From: Candidatus Poribacteria bacterium
Lineage (GTDB): Bacteria; Poribacteria; WGA-4E; UBA9662
Direction: 5' to 3'
NCBI GenBank assembly: GCA_036339735.1
Contig: JAYZAL010000070.1
Coordinates: 1 to 49,436 of the forward strand
Length of the DNA stretch: 49,436 nucleotides
In this document: piece after piece, positions 41,701 to 49,436 of the stretch
Numbering within the stretch: position 1 is the first letter of the stretch
Layout: each line of letters opens with the position of its first letter
Notes under the pieces: model-generated
Database searches by the model: none
Seen by the model: the letters and a program-made list of their open reading frames with translations, nothing else
What the model was told of the DNA's origin: nothing
Position numbers and translations under genes: made by a program

Positions 41701-42647
41701 TGAATCCCCAATTGTCCGGTAATACCCTTTACTGAACCACGTGTCTCCAGGCGAACTTCGGCTACACCCTCTATTTCATTGGAATGTTTCGGGAAAAAAT
41801 GGATCAGGTCCTGAAAATCTAGATCAACATCGATTTTTGCTTGGAAGGTAGTAGACGTTTTATCTAGACTAGACTTTGGAACATTAGCTTGTCCAGAAAT
41901 AGCTATTCTAGAATTACCCAAGACTAATTGTAGCTTTCGAAGTTGACCTGCAGATTGGCTAAGATCGAATTGGGTTTCAATCTTGTCGATTTTTGCTGCC
42001 ACCCCATTAATAACAACTTGACCGTCTTGAACAACTAAATTTCCTTGGTGGTCCCAGCGATCCAGTGGACCTTTCACAGATAACTGGATACCAGTTACAC
42101 CGAATTGAAGATTCCGTTGTGGGTCTATGATTTTAACACTACCATGTTCTACCTTAACATCAGCAACTTTAGAACGGCTGGCCAAGGCCGCGGTAACAAA
42201 ACGTTGTGCCTGCGATCCATCTGAAGGTTCTATGACTCGAATTTGAGGTAAAATCATACGACCATCCGGTGCTATGGTCAGGTGTATTTTAGGATCCACA
42301 ACCTTAAGTTCTTTAATCAGAAAACGACCAAGCAAAAAACCCCAGAGATGATACTTCAGTTGAATCTCGTGCGTGGCAAGTACATCACCTTTTTCTTGTA
42401 CATTGTTTTTGATTACAATATTTTGAACGCTCAAATCAGTTAGCATGTTACCGGTGACACGACCAATCTCAATTGGATGGTCGAGTCGTTTTTGCAATTG
42501 ACTTTCTAGAGCAAAACGGACTTTTTCTCTCAAAAAACCAGACTTCAAGAACCAAATTCCCGTGATTATACCCAAAAATGGTAGAAGCCCAAGCAAGAAT
42601 AGAATAATTTTACTTTTTTTGAATCTATGATTCGATTTGCTTTCCAT
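35766..42647 (-). CDS. tamB: Translocation/assembly module TamB (AsmA-like, DUF490), 2293 aa
   Basis: N-terminal membrane anchor, long beta-taco repeats (G.L..P.L.G), amphipathic C-terminal strands ending GVDLKIEKRF; directly upstream of the Omp85 gene. Confidence 0.85.
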   Translation of the reverse strand: MESKSNHRFKKSKIILFLLGLLPFLGIITGIWFLKSGFLREKVRFALESQLQKRLDHPIEIGRVTGNMLTDLSVQNIVIKNNVQEKGDVLATHEIQLKYHLWGFLLGRFLIKELKVVDPKIHLTIAPDGRMILPQIRVIEPSDGSQAQRFVTAALASRSKVADVKVEHGSVKIIDPQRNLQFGVTGIQLSVKGPLDRWDHQGNLVVQDGQVVINGVAAKIDKIETQFDLSQSAGQLRKLQLVLGNSRIAISGQANVPKSSLDKTSTTFQAKIDVDLDFQDLIHFFPKHSNEIEGVAEVRLETRGSVKGITGQLGIHLPFAKLNELTVEEFTTYARFSEKQLLLREISGKMAGGVLNGHAEIKKAYPESDISYKGEIELLNAKAEEFFPPIYDLTRIVLATGQVNTKVEFSGNSLDLDECKIDGQLIYTNGQLNKIPISTSELNWTIRKDQLQARANLDEANIIIAGAAGLTEERILDLSIQKIQMGKLSQILDIPDLSGTGKLNGQVIGQKINGRLQVPKAQLFKVPIGILTTDFNYESGIVTIQPLTLVKNQSVLTIIGTAKTSGNVPVDLILKTDPFYIEDYIRLVGADYPVEGLAKGHLYLNGNLTSLDGRGNFKISDAKAWGLEFDPLTLPMVIDDYLVKIENFELFARKQRGVMKFEIDPQLNYRLSFKTDPISLQQVAYAKNIPEFPLDSQLVVTAVGEGNANYPHLDLQADLKSVHYHLDSNKIGLPDATITGVYSDNRLDLEGIGFDKSCRLLGTIQAAVGTPYQLLLRGKQMAISPILKIINPYIGRYFQGTAEGEMMLNGQLENLSTVELDMELSSLSLIPNFSSDLLNNTNLEDAKSLKQLTNQGAVRIQYGPIQSQDDKGWNIERLFLQGSKETETTFLVKNKQIRPKAADPVSTDISIHEFANGQMSASYFTKFFDLPSVAAGQIRYRLLANNSLDNLTVEWVTPKLSLSIQKDVEKNKTLNLRLDGSVGFLKVDDERVTLSQTNLFINENLVNLWGQFSLNQSLPEIVFSSEAIEFPKSQNKISLQCNDFDLANLNLSSFWPVDHHLTGLVDISAEVSGSLDYPNFIGSVGLHQVNLESSVLPIPINNLTAHLKASSKLPSLKSPTNNLDAVSNIDIRLTNAEWKSSGSKVSELYEANGETRLIANYSKRTVQLEKWKLNMNGVEVELQPYLKQYLAKASDKSANGLIHFTSQFEGEGLVLNSAVISCSTLSLNVGYTPFYVRQPIHLFYRNNLLEIDNFSFSTQAVNDNETVLKAHGQLALKQSTSNLIEPKPLVVEFYQIPLSAAYSLISPLMSNLELNFDKRQKRKEHLLSGQMVVTQSLEKPNIDSVWEIDFFPAKLSGQLAYQDDLFKAEVKFEDGKSNDESLKLSGYFPANISFLPSYGKEKWAVPNQPMNFRLSGEFIDVGEISQFAKEITELKNLDWVNSIWPNEVSGQMKVDFHLGGTPANPHLRGNFELTDGNMNFLGLPFSKIETLVSAGPVGLLSSNFRFSLLDSHYNTRTKIELDRLKFKNLIVEDFQFKEAEVSDIITLSSAWYNYVNQSNNVVNERFLELVAGQLTGNFSCIIPLMEQKIDAKVKDPIVDLTIKKLELQIRQMENLGTERENDKLIHDDDTTHGRWTKNLVNVRPLRFDLKQQQLTIDPFTLVSESRLLKMENEIDSDELTITGSGNWHISDQFDLNVLISNINLQTLVQLLGLDSKIPSGLSISGRLNTDFYLGGTLKNPYFKVNYSQTKTPIRINQSEVDIFGGEVIFDKKRLFVGKPDQPIRIKIDKNQLLFDLEIGESELTGQRPINGRFDLQTKDLGILPLLFPQFGYANGIGYLNLTLGGYVSDPELKGMAKFEQVQVNLPDQRVNIKQTDIDLAFTDKGIAIRQCQGQINDGTYKLGGWVKSQWSSVADQIITDLHLEFQLAEGCVFEEPNLYFIRLNQADLILEGQTTSSSQSPFTWKPLTGNLKGNLSFSEGQYAQRWEDLVSIWSDTSSDLALRQFISEFPFWQHLKLNLELSAPENVKIISEFGDIEIETAINGQLTGPVWQPILNGRVDLLQGEFSLFAVDQPFKILPGSYIENNSSQFVFNPKYTILSETTQPIRNVDLITVDGQIRNRDLVIRANLNGYLNEKHNPVLSAEVLEKEVGEEYRLEQKQILSILTLGMIDPSTLQTATFGSTDTLIRTQDQLSPMVSSFVLQQSQRYFSGRLAQLMGFRQTRFDLNPNEFESSRFLLTKEISNRLALTYSSTFQLHSEPRIEIEYELGKNFAIKGERDEGKFGVDLKIEKRF

Positions 42648-42681
42648 GTTGATCTAGAAGGAAAATTAGTTTCTCTTATTA

Positions 42682-43743
42682 CTACAAATCATCTAACTGA
42701 ACTGACTGGGCTTGCGCTGCCGAAGCGTATATACCGTCAGTAATTTTTTGTATTATCAGGGCGTTCTCGAGATTCGTTTTTGGCTGTTTTTTCTCCTTAA
42801 TTGCTCTAGCGAAATCTTCAACTGGCGTTGTATTTGGACGCTCCGAGTTTTCATAGATAATTTCCGTTTCTAAGCCGGTTTTTGTTACATAAGTGTGTTC
42901 TAGTCGGTAAGGATTGTGTTTCAGCATATTCATTTTCAGAGAGCCACGGCTACCTATAATTTCCCATGATGAACTTATACCTGTTTGTGTTGACATGTAC
43001 TCACCTCGCTCAACACTTATAGTTACCCCATTTTGACAGCGAATCAGAGCTGTATATTGTATTTCTGCATCTGACTCTTCTACTACATAGTCGCTAAATT
43101 CTTTGGGGATAGGCCAAGTTTGAGCGAATACAGTTGTTGGTTTTAGTTTCCAATCTGTCAGACCAAGCAAAAAATCAAGATCATAACTGCTCCAGTTGAC
43201 AAGAATTCCACCACCATTAAGCGATTTTTTAAGCCGCCAATCAGGTGGTAAATCAGCTTCAGGTTGGCCACCAATTGGTCGTAATTCACGAAAAAAAACG
43301 GATCGTAACTCGCCTAGTTTACCAGTAGAGATAAACTTAGTAGCAAAGTCAGCACCGTCAAATAGACGATAACGACATGAGCAACAACCGCTTACCAGAT
43401 CCCCTTTTAGCGCAATTAGCTCTTCAACTTCTTGAGAATTCATTGCTATAGGCTTTTCAATGAGTACATGCTTGCCAGACATGAAGGCTTTTTTGGCAAT
43501 CTCGGTGCGAAATGCTGTTGGAAAAGCTAACACAACAGCTTCAATTTCTGGGTCAGAAATTAGTTCTACGCCCGTATGGTAGACTTTTGGTGGCTGAAAC
43601 CGCTCAATTGCCCGCACACGATACGATTCTACTAAATCTGATACGGCGACAAGCTCCGTTTCAGGTGAGTCAATGATATTTGTGATATGTTGAGTTCCAA
43701 TTACGCCACATCCGATTACGCCAAGTTTTACCATTTTGTTCAC
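42682..43743 (-). CDS. Gfo/Idh/MocA family oxidoreductase
   Basis: LGVIGCGVIG, HVLIEKP, NGGGILVNW. Confidence 0.9.
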   Translation of the reverse strand: MNKMVKLGVIGCGVIGTQHITNIIDSPETELVAVSDLVESYRVRAIERFQPPKVYHTGVELISDPEIEAVVLAFPTAFRTEIAKKAFMSGKHVLIEKPIAMNSQEVEELIALKGDLVSGCCSCRYRLFDGADFATKFISTGKLGELRSVFFRELRPIGGQPEADLPPDWRLKKSLNGGGILVNWSSYDLDFLLGLTDWKLKPTTVFAQTWPIPKEFSDYVVEESDAEIQYTALIRCQNGVTISVERGEYMSTQTGISSSWEIIGSRGSLKMNMLKHNPYRLEHTYVTKTGLETEIIYENSERPNTTPVEDFARAIKEKKQPKTNLENALIIQKITDGIYASAAQAQSVQLDDL

Positions 43744-43765
43744 CTTTACCTTCTGGTTCTTGTTT

Positions 43766-44713
43766 TTATTCTCTGATTCCTTCTAGGATCTGAATGGCTA
43801 AATCCATTGTTTTTACTCCTTCTTGCAAATTGGCGGCAGGAAGTTCAATAGGCGAATCAGATTGAATCTGATCAACAAAATATCGATTCTGTAGCCAAGT
43901 GCTGTCTTTTTCTGGCACAGGTAAATCTATAGCTTCTTCGTTTTGACAAATTTTTCCTTCTGATACTCCTTGTAAATAGGCCGAAATTCCGTCTCCATGG
44001 ATTTCGTAGCGTTCTAATCTAGCACCAGCCGTGTAATTAGAAATCAAGTGTACGAAGCAATTGTTATCAAAGATAATAGTTGCACCATGAACATCTCGAT
44101 AATCCGAGGTGGCTCGCTTCACCACACTATGGACTTCTACAACCTCCCCACCAGCCAGAAATCTTACTGTATCAATAGCGTGGATTGGTGATTCCAATAA
44201 CATGACATCATAAATAGAATCTGAAAACTTTCCTGTGCTGATAAGCTGTTTGACATTTTTGTGAAATTCTCCAATTACTTGAACAATAGGCCCATTGTTG
44301 GCGACACGATTTCTAGCTTCTCTAATGAAGCCGTTAAATCTGCGATTCCAACCGACCATTGTCTTTGCTTTTGTTCTATTGGCTATTTCAAGTAATTGTT
44401 GCGCTTGTTCTAGATTTAATCCTGGCGGTTTCTCCATCAGTGTATGGATCCCACGCTCCAAACACGGTTGAGCTAGTAGATGGTTAAGATGTGCTGGTGG
44501 GGCTACCCAAACTGCATCAAGAGATTCTTGATCCAGCATGGTTTCTAAATTCTCATACCCAGTAATATTATTATATTCATCAACTATTTTCTGAAGAGAC
44601 GTCTTGATAGGGTCACAAACTGCAACCAATTCGACATCTGGAAATTCTGTTAAGATCCGAATATGTCCACGTCCGCGACTACCACAACCAATAACTGCAA
44701 CTTTTAAGCTCAT
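43766..44713 (-). CDS. Gfo/Idh/MocA family oxidoreductase
   Basis: VAVIGCGSRG, MEKPPG, VGWNRRF, IHAID. Start set at ATG 44713 (MSLKVAV). Confidence 0.9.
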   Translation of the reverse strand: MSLKVAVIGCGSRGRGHIRILTEFPDVELVAVCDPIKTSLQKIVDEYNNITGYENLETMLDQESLDAVWVAPPAHLNHLLAQPCLERGIHTLMEKPPGLNLEQAQQLLEIANRTKAKTMVGWNRRFNGFIREARNRVANNGPIVQVIGEFHKNVKQLISTGKFSDSIYDVMLLESPIHAIDTVRFLAGGEVVEVHSVVKRATSDYRDVHGATIIFDNNCFVHLISNYTAGARLERYEIHGDGISAYLQGVSEGKICQNEEAIDLPVPEKDSTWLQNRYFVDQIQSDSPIELPAANLQEGVKTMDLAIQILEGIRE

Positions 44714-44857
44714 AATTAACACCCATCTATCATTAAGCAAAGTGAAACCTATCTGGCACAATTATATCATAGACCAAAGGTAAGTTTAGAAATAGAGTAG
44801 AAATGGAAGTGAGAAGAAGTCCTGTTATTGGTAGGGTGTATTCCGCATGCGGCATGT

Positions 44858-44891
44858 TACCAACCAGCCCAACAGCAAAAGCTGGTTGGTA
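44858..44891 (-). other. Stem-loop downstream of the secretin gene (3' stabilising or terminator-like)
   Basis: 11-bp inverted repeat taccaaccagc / gctggttggta about 20 nt after the secretin stop; extends by G-U pairs on the minus strand; no U-tract. Confidence 0.5.
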
Positions 44892-44912
44892 TTATTTCCT
44901 TGAAAACTTTGT

Positions 44913-47900
44913 CTATTTTTCAGACTCTTTGGAATCTTCTTTTTCTGGTTCTGGAGTAGGAGCATTGGTAGTCGATGTTCCATTTTCCCTCCATTGATTA
45001 GTTGCTTTTTGCAACCGTTTCAAGTCTTTTGGGTCACGAACATCGATAATATGTGGGGTGATGATAATCACAATTTCCGAATTTTCAACCACTTTTTGTG
45101 TTTTTCGGAATAATCGACCGATAAATGGAATATCCCCTAAAACTGGGACTTTACTTTCTATTTCCTGTTGGGTTTCACGCATCATACCACCGACAACCAC
45201 TTTTTCTCCATCCTCAACATCTACATATGCACTAATAGTGTTGGTTTCAGTTATTGGAGCATTGAATTCAGTAAACTCAATGAAGTTACTAGCAGTAATA
45301 TCGTCAATTTCTAGACCAATGGTTCTTTTACCGTTTTCATTTTCTGATGTTCGTGCAATATGAGGAATTATATTAATATTGATACCAACAGGTGGATCAA
45401 TAAAACCATAATTGTAAAGAGGCTGAATCCCTGCATTAAATCCTCCAGCTTCTCCTGCCCCACCTAGGTTAGTGGCATTGACGCTTTGAAGATAAGGAAT
45501 CGATTTACCACTACTCCAGCTAATCTCTTGATTATCTCGTGTTAGCAATGAAGGTCTTGAAAGCGTTTTAACACGGTTTTCTCGCATCAAAGTGTGAAGA
45601 AGTGCTAAGTATTCGTTAGTAGCCAAAGCATAGTTAAAACCAGAGATTTCGCCAGCTAATCCCAATTGTGTATTTAAGCTACCGATCAGCGGGTTACTAT
45701 CGGTTAATTCTTGGCCAAAGATACCTTTTTCAGACGCAGTTAATTCCAGTCCCAATTTCGTATCTTCATCCAAAGTGATCTCCAAAATCTCAATCTGAAT
45801 TAACACTTGGCCACGAATAAAGTCTAGCTGTTTAATCATGGCTTCAACATCTGGCAGATAACGTTCTAGTGTCTGAACAACTAGAGAGTTAGTTTGTACA
45901 TCAGCTTCTACTTCAACTTTTCCATTAAGCGATGTAACATCGATTTGCATCTGGCTCATACCCATTCGTTGAGCTTCGATACGTTGCCAACCTCTTTCAA
46001 CAGCCCCCCAACTGCCACCCCCGCTCCCTTCATCCCATACACGTTCTAATAAGTTTTCCATTTCATTTGCATCTGTGTACTCGAGTTTGTACAAGCGAGT
46101 GACCTCTCTTTGCCCTTTTGGGGTGGGGAGGTCTATTTGCTTAATAAATTCTTCAATCAATTCGAAGTTACGAGCAGTCGAGGTAGATATCACAATCGAG
46201 TTAAGTGTTGGGTAAGCTTCAGCGACTACATTTCCAGCCAATGAACCTTGGCTTCGGCTTTGTTGAGGTAAAAACCAAAATCTACCACCGCCACCACCAG
46301 AACTGCCCGAATACACACCATCAATCATTGCCTTCAGGTTTTCAGCTGCAGCATATTGAAGCTTGTAAATTCGAGTTCCCCACTCCTGATCTGGCATGCT
46401 TACATCTAGATCTTTAATTAGTTTGTCTATCGTGGTAAAGTTTTGTTCAGAAGTTGATACCAACAGCGCATTGAGGCGTAACTCAGGTACTATATGAACA
46501 TTACCTTGTACTCCAAATCCTCCTGACCCTTCGTCCTGCCCTCGACCTCTATCACGACCTCGATCCCACCAAGGTCGCCAATCGTCATCTCGACCTGTGT
46601 CGCCACCCTCAAACAAGGCAGTTAGATCGTCAGCTAGCTGTTCCGCATCAGCGAATTTTAAGTAATAAATTTCTAACTCATCCTGTGGATCGGATTCATC
46701 CAATTCATTAATGATTTTTTCTAAAAACGAAAAGTTTCGAGGATCTGATGACACAACAACGGCGTTTAGTCGTTCATCGAAAGCTATACTAAGCTCACCA
46801 ACTAGCCCTTGCCGATTCCCTTCGCCTTCCCTTCCTCTGTCTCGACGGCCACGACGCCACCAATCTCGATCTCTTCGATTAGATCCACCACTGTTTGCTC
46901 CTTCCAAAACCTCGGTTAATGTTTCAGTTACGTCCTCCGCAATAGCGTAGTTGAGACGAAAGATGCGGACCTCAGTTTGAAGATTAGGCGTTTTATCTAG
47001 TTGTGCAATGAGTCTTTTGACTGATTCGATATTTTTGGATGTTCCCTTTAAAACCAAAGAATTAGAATTTTCGTCGGCAATAACCTCGACTGGTCCACCG
47101 ATCATGTTAGTTGTCGCGGCTCCACCTGCTCGAGTAACATCATCTTTGTCCAGTTTATCCCAGACTCTTCTTGCCATTTCTCGGTCGCGCCTGAACATGT
47201 TGCTGAAAACATCAGCCAGACTATCGGCTTCAGCATTGATAAGTGGTACAATTTCGATTACCACAGGCTCAATTTCTGACTCATCAACGCTTTGTAGAAT
47301 GGAGACAATACGTCGTACATTAGAAGAAACATCAGTAATAACCAGAGAATTACTGAAGTCATCAGCAAATACGTTAGCTGATTTGTTAATCAATGGTTTG
47401 ACCATTTTTTCGAGTTGAGTTGCCTGAGCAGTGGTCAGTTCTATTACGTAGGTTTGGATTTCATCGGTATCTGAAACCAAGGCCGGATTAGGCGAAATGC
47501 GTTTCACTGGAACCTTCATCTGTACAGCTTTTTCGAAGGTCGTTATCAATAAGGTCTTATCTGTTCTGATCATTGTCAGATTGTATTGGGCTAAGACTGT
47601 TTTGATTTTTTCCAATGTTTCTTCTAGAGTTACTGACTTCAGGTTGGTAAGAGCGAATTTCTTTTCTCGAATATCTTCTTCTGAAGCAATGATTGTATAA
47701 TCTGTTTCCTCACCAATGAATCGGATCAATCCTTGCAAATCGCCACTAGCTAAGTCAAAGTCAAATTTGGTTGCAAGACCTGACTCATCTCTTTCAGTAA
47801 CTTCCATTTCTTGACCGATAATCATTGTCGACGGAAACATCATTACTAGAACTAAAAAAGTCCAAACAACCGCTGAGAAGAAACAGTTCAAACTAAATCT

Positions 47901-47951
47901 TTTGCAAGACTTCGGTTTCTCGAGTGGATTTGAGTAGGGGTTAGATTTCAT
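44913..47951 (-). CDS. gspD: Type II secretion-type secretin (GspD family) with six N-domain repeats
   Basis: N0 domain, six [YxLxYAxA...DxxxNxLVV...IxxLD] repeats, QVLIQIEILE, LSRPSLLTRDNQ, VVVGGM, KVPVLGDIPFIGRLFR, IIITPHII. Confidence 0.9.
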   Translation of the reverse strand: MKSNPYSNPLEKPKSCKRFSLNCFFSAVVWTFLVLVMMFPSTMIIGQEMEVTERDESGLATKFDFDLASGDLQGLIRFIGEETDYTIIASEEDIREKKFALTNLKSVTLEETLEKIKTVLAQYNLTMIRTDKTLLITTFEKAVQMKVPVKRISPNPALVSDTDEIQTYVIELTTAQATQLEKMVKPLINKSANVFADDFSNSLVITDVSSNVRRIVSILQSVDESEIEPVVIEIVPLINAEADSLADVFSNMFRRDREMARRVWDKLDKDDVTRAGGAATTNMIGGPVEVIADENSNSLVLKGTSKNIESVKRLIAQLDKTPNLQTEVRIFRLNYAIAEDVTETLTEVLEGANSGGSNRRDRDWWRRGRRDRGREGEGNRQGLVGELSIAFDERLNAVVVSSDPRNFSFLEKIINELDESDPQDELEIYYLKFADAEQLADDLTALFEGGDTGRDDDWRPWWDRGRDRGRGQDEGSGGFGVQGNVHIVPELRLNALLVSTSEQNFTTIDKLIKDLDVSMPDQEWGTRIYKLQYAAAENLKAMIDGVYSGSSGGGGGRFWFLPQQSRSQGSLAGNVVAEAYPTLNSIVISTSTARNFELIEEFIKQIDLPTPKGQREVTRLYKLEYTDANEMENLLERVWDEGSGGGSWGAVERGWQRIEAQRMGMSQMQIDVTSLNGKVEVEADVQTNSLVVQTLERYLPDVEAMIKQLDFIRGQVLIQIEILEITLDEDTKLGLELTASEKGIFGQELTDSNPLIGSLNTQLGLAGEISGFNYALATNEYLALLHTLMRENRVKTLSRPSLLTRDNQEISWSSGKSIPYLQSVNATNLGGAGEAGGFNAGIQPLYNYGFIDPPVGININIIPHIARTSENENGKRTIGLEIDDITASNFIEFTEFNAPITETNTISAYVDVEDGEKVVVGGMMRETQQEIESKVPVLGDIPFIGRLFRKTQKVVENSEIVIIITPHIIDVRDPKDLKRLQKATNQWRENGTSTTNAPTPEPEKEDSKESEK

Positions 47952-48044
47952 TGATTTTCCTTGCTATATAACTGTGTGTATTGAAAAATTATCCGATAGT
48001 ATTAAGTGTTTCTGTTATCAACCGACTCCAAGTCCACAGGTTTA

Positions 48045-49358
48045 TCACAGAATGTTAGCAACAAGGGTTAGGTCAAAACCCAGTTGATTTTTCTTCTTAT
48101 CTGCTACTACTATTTTGAAATCCTTAACTTGTAGCCATCGTAAACTGTTTTCGACAGCATAAATGAAGCGGCTAACTTGTTCAATTTGTCCTTGAAACTT
48201 CATAGTAACAATGTAATGGTTAGGTTGATGGGTGTCTGATACTCGATCTAAACTTTGTCGAATAGACCGATGTCTTTGGTGGGTATGATTCACATAATTC
48301 GTAAAATCCCTAATCGCTAGTTGGTCTGAGTCATCGTTCGAACCGTAGTCTTCCAGCAAAATCTCACATTCATCTAATAAAATGCTATTCTTTTTCAGAG
48401 GTGAATATCCCTTCACGTCTGCTTGGTTCAAGTTAAGCTGATCGGCAATTAGTCCTTCCTTTCGCTTACTGATTCCCCATAAATCATCTTGAATCTCAGC
48501 TTTTATGAAATCAATTAAATCAACACGAGCATCTAAAGGAATTGAGGATGGAAGATGATGAAAGCCATTATGTACCTTTTTTACGTTGTCTTCACCTCGA
48601 TTAGAATCCATCTCAATTTCAGCTTCAGTTTCTTCTGAATCCTCGTTCTCATTATTTTCATCGACATCCCAAAAATTCATCATCGAACTGACTGCATTTT
48701 CGGCTTCTTCTGCCAATTGATCTTGCTCTGCTTCTAGATTAGCTAATTCATCGTTTAAAGCATCGAGATACAACTGATTCACGAAAATAGATTTAGCTTC
48801 ATTAGCAATCTTAGCTAACTTTTTGCCCGGTTGTTTTTTTATATTTAATTGATAATTGGATTTGACATCCGCATCACTAGCCACACGCGAAATCTGCCGA
48901 GCGATAATTGCTTCTGGCTGTTCACCTACAAATATCGGACCTTGGATCTCTTTGAGCTGATCGATACTCTCAATGGTGCCACCTTTTTGTTCACGAAAAT
49001 CTATCAAAAAATTGGCCTTTTCCCTAAAAGAAGGATGAAGGGTAGCTAAGTCAGAAGATCGCCGTGCCTCATTTAGCTTTTTAAGCAGGTCTAAATCTTT
49101 AATCTCACCTGCTAGGGTATCAGAAATAATCCGACCTTGTAGTCCCGTCTGTTCTCTATTAGTTGGTCCAACTTGGATTGCATCCTTGGCGAGAGACACT
49201 AACAATTTAGTTTCTACGAGCTGGTTTTTCTTGACTTTTAGTTCTCGCCCCAGCAAGTCTAAATTTAGATGGTCTTTGGCTAGCCAAACAGCCGAGAAAA
49301 TTACCAAAACACCTAAAACTAATCCTAATTTCTTTTCCCGACTACTTAATTCTTTCAT
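48045..49358 (-). CDS. GspM/PilO-like inner-membrane platform protein with ComEA-like HhH insert and acidic coiled region
   Basis: LSSREKK plus a TM helix (GspM-type N-terminus). C-terminal VTMKFQGQIEQVSRFIYAVEN...LQVKDFKI...LGFDLTL is PilO/GspM-like. Directly upstream of the secretin. Confidence 0.7.
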   Translation of the reverse strand: MKELSSREKKLGLVLGVLVIFSAVWLAKDHLNLDLLGRELKVKKNQLVETKLLVSLAKDAIQVGPTNREQTGLQGRIISDTLAGEIKDLDLLKKLNEARRSSDLATLHPSFREKANFLIDFREQKGGTIESIDQLKEIQGPIFVGEQPEAIIARQISRVASDADVKSNYQLNIKKQPGKKLAKIANEAKSIFVNQLYLDALNDELANLEAEQDQLAEEAENAVSSMMNFWDVDENNENEDSEETEAEIEMDSNRGEDNVKKVHNGFHHLPSSIPLDARVDLIDFIKAEIQDDLWGISKRKEGLIADQLNLNQADVKGYSPLKKNSILLDECEILLEDYGSNDDSDQLAIRDFTNYVNHTHQRHRSIRQSLDRVSDTHQPNHYIVTMKFQGQIEQVSRFIYAVENSLRWLQVKDFKIVVADKKKNQLGFDLTLVANIL

Positions 49359-49436
49359 TATATTCTTGTCGATCTATGTTTGTTTTTAAGGCATCGCTTT
49401 CCGGATCATCTTTGTCATAAAGTCTTTTTTTCTTAG

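Noticed and set aside
2924-49389. Numerous 60-136 aa ORFs nested in or antisense to long genes (e.g. 19495-19824, 45058-45363, 47008-47418)
   Set aside because: Shadow ORFs of well-supported CDSs with no independent evidence.
49342-49436. 3' end of an upstream minus-strand gene (possibly GspL/PilN-like)
   Set aside because: Two frames are open at the window edge and too short to choose between or identify.

Overview
Bacterial chromosomal window, AT-rich (roughly 38-40% GC by eye), from a diderm organism. It is probably Candidatus Poribacteria or a relative; this is an inference from the C-terminal VEPKDKILTSWGQIK motif and the many Gfo/Idh/MocA, PQQ-propeller, FGE and HEAT genes. About 1-9 kb and 21-49 kb are intact housekeeping, carbohydrate and envelope genes: four Gfo/Idh/MocA oxidoreductases, rlmN, a MazG-like protein, an ECF ATPase, GH88, an S9 peptidase, thrC-like, argF, selD, ymdB, dxs, tamB-bamA, a secretin and a GspM/PilO-like protein. 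About 9-21 kb is an accessory, decaying zone with several pseudogenes. Most notable observations: (1) a ~700-nt ORF-free, heavily nested structured region (15.6-16.3 kb) whose loops repeatedly show SD/anti-SD-like motifs, a candidate large ncRNA; (2) a membrane protein fusing a DnaN (beta-clamp) domain-I-like module to a TonB-type TM helix and a DUF4159 domain; (3) a T2SS-like locus with a six-N-repeat secretin carrying Arg/Trp-rich loops, next to a GspM/PilO-like protein with a ComEA-like helix-hairpin-helix insert; (4) a selenocysteine-encoding selD with an in-frame UGA and SECIS-like hairpin, truncated in the ORF track; (5) a VHL-beta-like insert in a DPP-IV peptidase. No CRISPR array, rRNA, intact tRNA or transposase was seen. 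All family calls come from motif recognition by eye, not from database searches.
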